DNA of 32,000 nt from an uncultured Lentisphaeria bacterium (GTDB taxonomy: Bacteria; Verrucomicrobiota; Lentisphaeria; JABSQK01; JAJFLO01). Position numbers and translations under genes: made by a program. Below are positions 28,902 through 32,000 of this stretch, in pieces (position 1 is the stretch's first letter; every line of letters begins with the position of its first letter). The stretch lies in assembly GCA_951812855.1 (NCBI GenBank), contig OX638337.1:780001-812000 (forward strand), in the 5' to 3' direction. Under the pieces are notes generated by a model, which worked only from the letters and a program-made list of their open reading frames with translations, did not search any database and was not told the DNA's origin.

Positions 28902-28936
28902 CGGGTACTGTGTATTTATGCCGGCGTGGTCGTTGA

Positions 28937-29500
28937 TCAGGTAAATAGATTCAGTTTCTTCAGAACTTCTTCTATTGGCAGTCCCATAACATTACTTCTC
29001 AGTCCGTCAAATCGTGCAATTAATAATTCTTCGTGATTCTGTATGGCATATCCTCCTGCTTTATCGAGAGGATTTGTATTACTGATAAGATTATCAATAC
29101 ACTCTTCTGACAGTTGGTTAAATGTAACTTCCGTTTTTGAAATCCATTTAACCGTTTTAGTTACGTTCAGCCGTACTATGCATGTACCGGTATAAACCCA
29201 ATGTGTATTGCCGCTAAGTTGTTGAAGTACATTTCGTGCTTCTTTCAGATCTGCCGGTTTCCCGATAATTCTATTGTTATAAAATACGATGGTATCAGCT
29301 CCTAAAACAATCTGGTCCGGGTAAAACTGTGCGACCGCCAACGCTTTTTCTTCTGCTAAACGCGTTACTGATTTTTCCGGTGTTTCACCCGGTTGTATCA
29401 CTTCATCTATATCAGCCGGCTGAACGATGAGTTGAATTCCTGCTTGTTTTAATAACTCGACTCGGCGTGGAGAACTCGAGGCTAATACAATAGAAGTCAT
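28937..29500 (-). CDS. maf: Maf-family nucleoside triphosphate pyrophosphatase
   Basis: IVLASSSPRRVELLKQAGI, LGADTIV and AGGYAIQ are Maf motifs. The protein is 187 aa. Confidence 0.9.
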   Translation of the reverse strand: MTSIVLASSSPRRVELLKQAGIQLIVQPADIDEVIQPGETPEKSVTRLAEEKALAVAQFYPDQIVLGADTIVFYNNRIIGKPADLKEARNVLQQLSGNTHWVYTGTCIVRLNVTKTVKWISKTEVTFNQLSEECIDNLISNTNPLDKAGGYAIQNHEELLIARFDGLRSNVMGLPIEEVLKKLNLFT

Positions 29501-29505
29501 TGAAA

Positions 29506-30879
29506 TTACTTTTTATTTCCCTGTGGTTTTTTCGCTTTTGTTTCCAATAATATCGGCATTTCTGAAAGTCCAAATGCTTTTCTTAATTGAGCAATGAGAA
29601 ACTTCCTGTAATTCTGCGGACAATATTCAGATTTATTGACAAACAGAAGAAACGTATGGGGGTTTGAGCACTTATGAATGCCATAATAAATCTTAAACAG
29701 GTGTGTCCCGTAATGTGGCGGTGGTTGGCGAGTCGTTATATCATTTAGAACACGATTGACAATCGGGGTGGGAATGGTGACTGTCAGATTTGTTTTCATA
29801 TCAATAATTTTTTTCTGCATAGAACCGAAGTTGTATCCGCTGAGTGCACAGATGGATAAGAGTGGTGCATAGTTTAAATACGGCATGGAATCTCGAATCG
29901 AATCAAATAGTATTTTCTGTTTAGTTTCTTTACCGGCAAGATCCCATTTATTCGCCAGTAGAATACAGGCTTTACCTTCATCTCCAATTATTTGAGATAT
30001 TTTTTTATCTTGAGCCGTCACAGAGACGGTTGCATCAATAACCAGCAGAACAATATCAGCTCGTTTTATTGCGGCCTTTGTTCGGGTCATGCTGAAAAAT
30101 TCAACAACAGATTTTACCCTGGACCGTTTGACCATACCTGCTGTATCAATCAGATTGAGATGTAATAATGTATCTTCAACGGGTATCTCCATTGGAATAT
30201 CAACTGCGTCGCGCGTTGTTCCGGGTATCTCACTTACGATGACTCGACGCTCATTAAGAAGGCTGTTGACGATTGAGGATTTTCCGACATTGGGTCTGCC
30301 GACAAAGGCAACATTTAACCGTTCTATAGAAACTGTCCGGTCATGTTCAATGAAGTCTTTGGTAATTTCATCCAATAAAATATCGATATTTACATTGTGA
30401 AGTGATGATACGGGAATAGACTCTCCAAATCCCAATGGTGACAGTGTGCATGCACTGTCGGCTAATTCAGGATTATCAGCTTTATTTGCTGTGTATATAA
30501 TTTCTTTTTCTTGTTTCCTTAAGAAGTTCGCTACTTCTGTATCGAGTGGAGTGATTCCTTTAATAATGTCAATTACAAAGATGATTTTGTCAGCACTTTC
30601 TATAGCTGCTTTTAACTGATCAATGATAAATCTATCAAACTGATTGGTAATTCGTTCACCCTTGAAATAACCTAACCCGCCGGTATCAATCAGTAAAAAC
30701 TCTTTTCCTTCCCATTTCCCTGCAGCAGTAATCCTGTCTCGCGTGACACCACTTTCTTCGTGAACAATTGCGAGTCGACGTTTTATAATTCGATTGAATA
30801 ATGCTGATTTCCCAACATTAGGTCTGCCCACAATAGCTATATTGGGTAAATTTAATTTATTCTGATTTAATGTTTCCAT
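29506..30879 (-). CDS. der: ribosome-associated GTPase Der (EngA)
   Basis: There are two tandem GTPase domains (GRPNVGKS twice, DTGG/DTAG, NKAD/NKWD) and a KH-like C-terminus. A 5-nt gap separates it from maf. Confidence 0.95.
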   Translation of the reverse strand: METLNQNKLNLPNIAIVGRPNVGKSALFNRIIKRRLAIVHEESGVTRDRITAAGKWEGKEFLLIDTGGLGYFKGERITNQFDRFIIDQLKAAIESADKIIFVIDIIKGITPLDTEVANFLRKQEKEIIYTANKADNPELADSACTLSPLGFGESIPVSSLHNVNIDILLDEITKDFIEHDRTVSIERLNVAFVGRPNVGKSSIVNSLLNERRVIVSEIPGTTRDAVDIPMEIPVEDTLLHLNLIDTAGMVKRSRVKSVVEFFSMTRTKAAIKRADIVLLVIDATVSVTAQDKKISQIIGDEGKACILLANKWDLAGKETKQKILFDSIRDSMPYLNYAPLLSICALSGYNFGSMQKKIIDMKTNLTVTIPTPIVNRVLNDITTRQPPPHYGTHLFKIYYGIHKCSNPHTFLLFVNKSEYCPQNYRKFLIAQLRKAFGLSEMPILLETKAKKPQGNKK

Positions 30880-31141
30880 GTTGTCGATTCTACGTTAATT
30901 TGAGATATATGATTTTAATAGGGCGATAATATTTATACGACGATTGAATGAATTATTACCGGTATTTCCTGATTGTTTTAAGATAGTGCGAAAGAAATAA
31001 TATACGAAGTTTCCGGCGTTCAGGTGTAGACGACTGTTCATATAACTGAAAAACTTCGTAACTTATTGATAATATGTGATATGATTATCCGCTATACGGT
31101 ATATGGATAATTCAGATTACAATTCAAATCAATGGTCTGAT

Positions 31142-31252
31142 ATGAAAATAGGTATTCTGTCTGAAACACATGAACACACAGAGCACATAAAATCAGCGAT
31201 GACAATGTTAATTGGTAAGAATGTTGATAACATATTACATTTTCGAAATTAG
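31142..31252 (+). pseudogene. YfcE/MJ0936-type metallophosphoesterase, N-terminal 36-codon fragment
   Basis: MKIGILSETHEHTEHIKSAMTMLIGKNVDNILHFRN* follows the family pattern MKIGxISDTHG...VDxIIHxGD. The metal ligands are altered, however (D to E, GD to RN), and a stop follows after 36 codons. Confidence 0.5.
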
Positions 31253-31254
31253 CC

Positions 31255-31449
31255 ATGTTTTCACAAGAAATTGCCAGTCATATCGGATTTAAGCCAAAAT
31301 TTATTCATGTCGAAGGCGGACTGGACGCAAATGCCCTGAATACTAAAAACATACCTGCAATAACGCCTGGTGCCGGTCAACATAATACTCATACCATCAA
31401 TGAATGTGATAACGGTTGTCTTTTAGCAGGTTATCTTGCCGTGAATTAA
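31255..31449 (+). pseudogene. M20-family peptidase (PepT-like), C-terminal fragment only
   Basis: IASHIGFKPKFIHVEGGLDANALNTKNIPAITPGAGQHNTHTINE matches the C-terminal GG-x-DAN...GIP...G-x-G...HT-x-x-E region of M20 tripeptidase-like enzymes. The roughly 300 upstream residues are absent, and it begins 3 nt after the yfcE-like fragment ends. Confidence 0.55.
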
Positions 31450-31552
31450 ACAGAGCCCATTTGAAGGATACTATTCTTCTTCCGAACAGTTAAAATCGAA
31501 GGATAGAATCCAAATCTCATTACACTCATTCAAGTTTCATAAGGAAAAACAT

Positions 31553-32000
31553 ATGCTGGCATTTGCAAAGGAAATCATTGTCGATGCGGGTGAAATACTA
31601 AAACATCACTTTAATTCACCCCTTGAAATAAAAACGAAATCAACAAATCGTGACTTAGTTACCCAGGCAGATATTGAAGCGGAAAAATTTATTATCTCTG
31701 CAATTCAGGAACAGTTTCCGAATCATGCAATTTTAGCCGAGGAACATGGTGAAATTGGTATCTCAGACTATATATGGCTGATTGATCCAATTGACGGGAC
31801 CACTAATTTTGCTCACAGTCACCCGATGTTTTGTTCAGTAATTGCCCTTGCTTATCATAATGAAATCATACTGACCGCGATCTATGATCCTCTCCGCGAT
31901 GAATTATTTTCTTCTGAATACGGGAAGGGTGCTTTTCTAAACGACCAACCGATAACGGTTTCCTCAAATTTTACCCTGGCGTCATCTGTACTTGTAACTG
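31553..32000 (+). CDS. suhB: inositol monophosphatase family protein (3' end outside window)
   Basis: The IMPase motifs are LAEEHGE and WLIDPIDGTTNFAH. The ATG is at 31553 and the ORF is open to the window end. Confidence 0.88.
   Translation, partial: MLAFAKEIIVDAGEILKHHFNSPLEIKTKSTNRDLVTQADIEAEKFIISAIQEQFPNHAILAEEHGEIGISDYIWLIDPIDGTTNFAHSHPMFCSVIALAYHNEIILTAIYDPLRDELFSSEYGKGAFLNDQPITVSSNFTLASSVLVT

Noticed and set aside
28886-28905. GATTCGAACCGAATCC resembling a tRNA T-arm (GTTCGAAYC).
   Set aside because: The flanking bases cannot form a 5-bp T-stem, there is no acceptor or anticodon arm, and no GTGGC/TAGC D-arm lies upstream.
1-32000. Search for CRISPR arrays, IS or transposase genes, integrases, phage genes, toxin-antitoxin pairs or defence islands.
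   Set aside because: I saw no regularly spaced repeats and no DDE, tyrosine or serine recombinase motifs. No small gene pairs had toxin-like features. The XRE protein has no plausible partner ORF.

Overview
This is a 32-kb segment of an AT-rich (by eye, high-30s % GC) Gram-negative-type bacterial chromosome. About 25 genes look intact and most are housekeeping: mdh (5' end only), a TrmH-family methyltransferase, metF, acnA, folE, rnr, gcvP, aspartate kinase, pntAA-pntAB-pntB, murG, a ComF-family gene, an SRP RNA followed by dnaX and ybaB, maf, der, and an inositol monophosphatase cut by the window end. There are also a PhyH-family dioxygenase, an XRE-type HTH protein, a small lipoprotein, a secreted multi-domain protein and two adjacent membrane proteins of unknown role. 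I found no rRNA, tRNA, CRISPR array, transposase or integrase, and no recognisable defence, secretion or biosynthetic cluster. The most unusual signal is gene decay. At three junctions, fragments of unrelated genes lie directly side by side: purU-N next to an FKBP-PPIase relic, a histidine-kinase/receiver relic next to a fliD-C relic, and a yfcE-like N fragment next to an M20-peptidase C fragment. This pattern fits reductive genome evolution, including loss of flagellar and two-component functions. Other leads are two GC-rich, inverted-repeat-bounded elements with shared end motifs that flank the lipoprotein gene (a candidate MITE-like repeat or structured RNA), and an SRP RNA hidden inside the apparent N-terminal extension of the dnaX ORF. 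I did not find a convincing novel multi-gene system. All product calls come from reading the translations and recalling family motifs, not from database searches.
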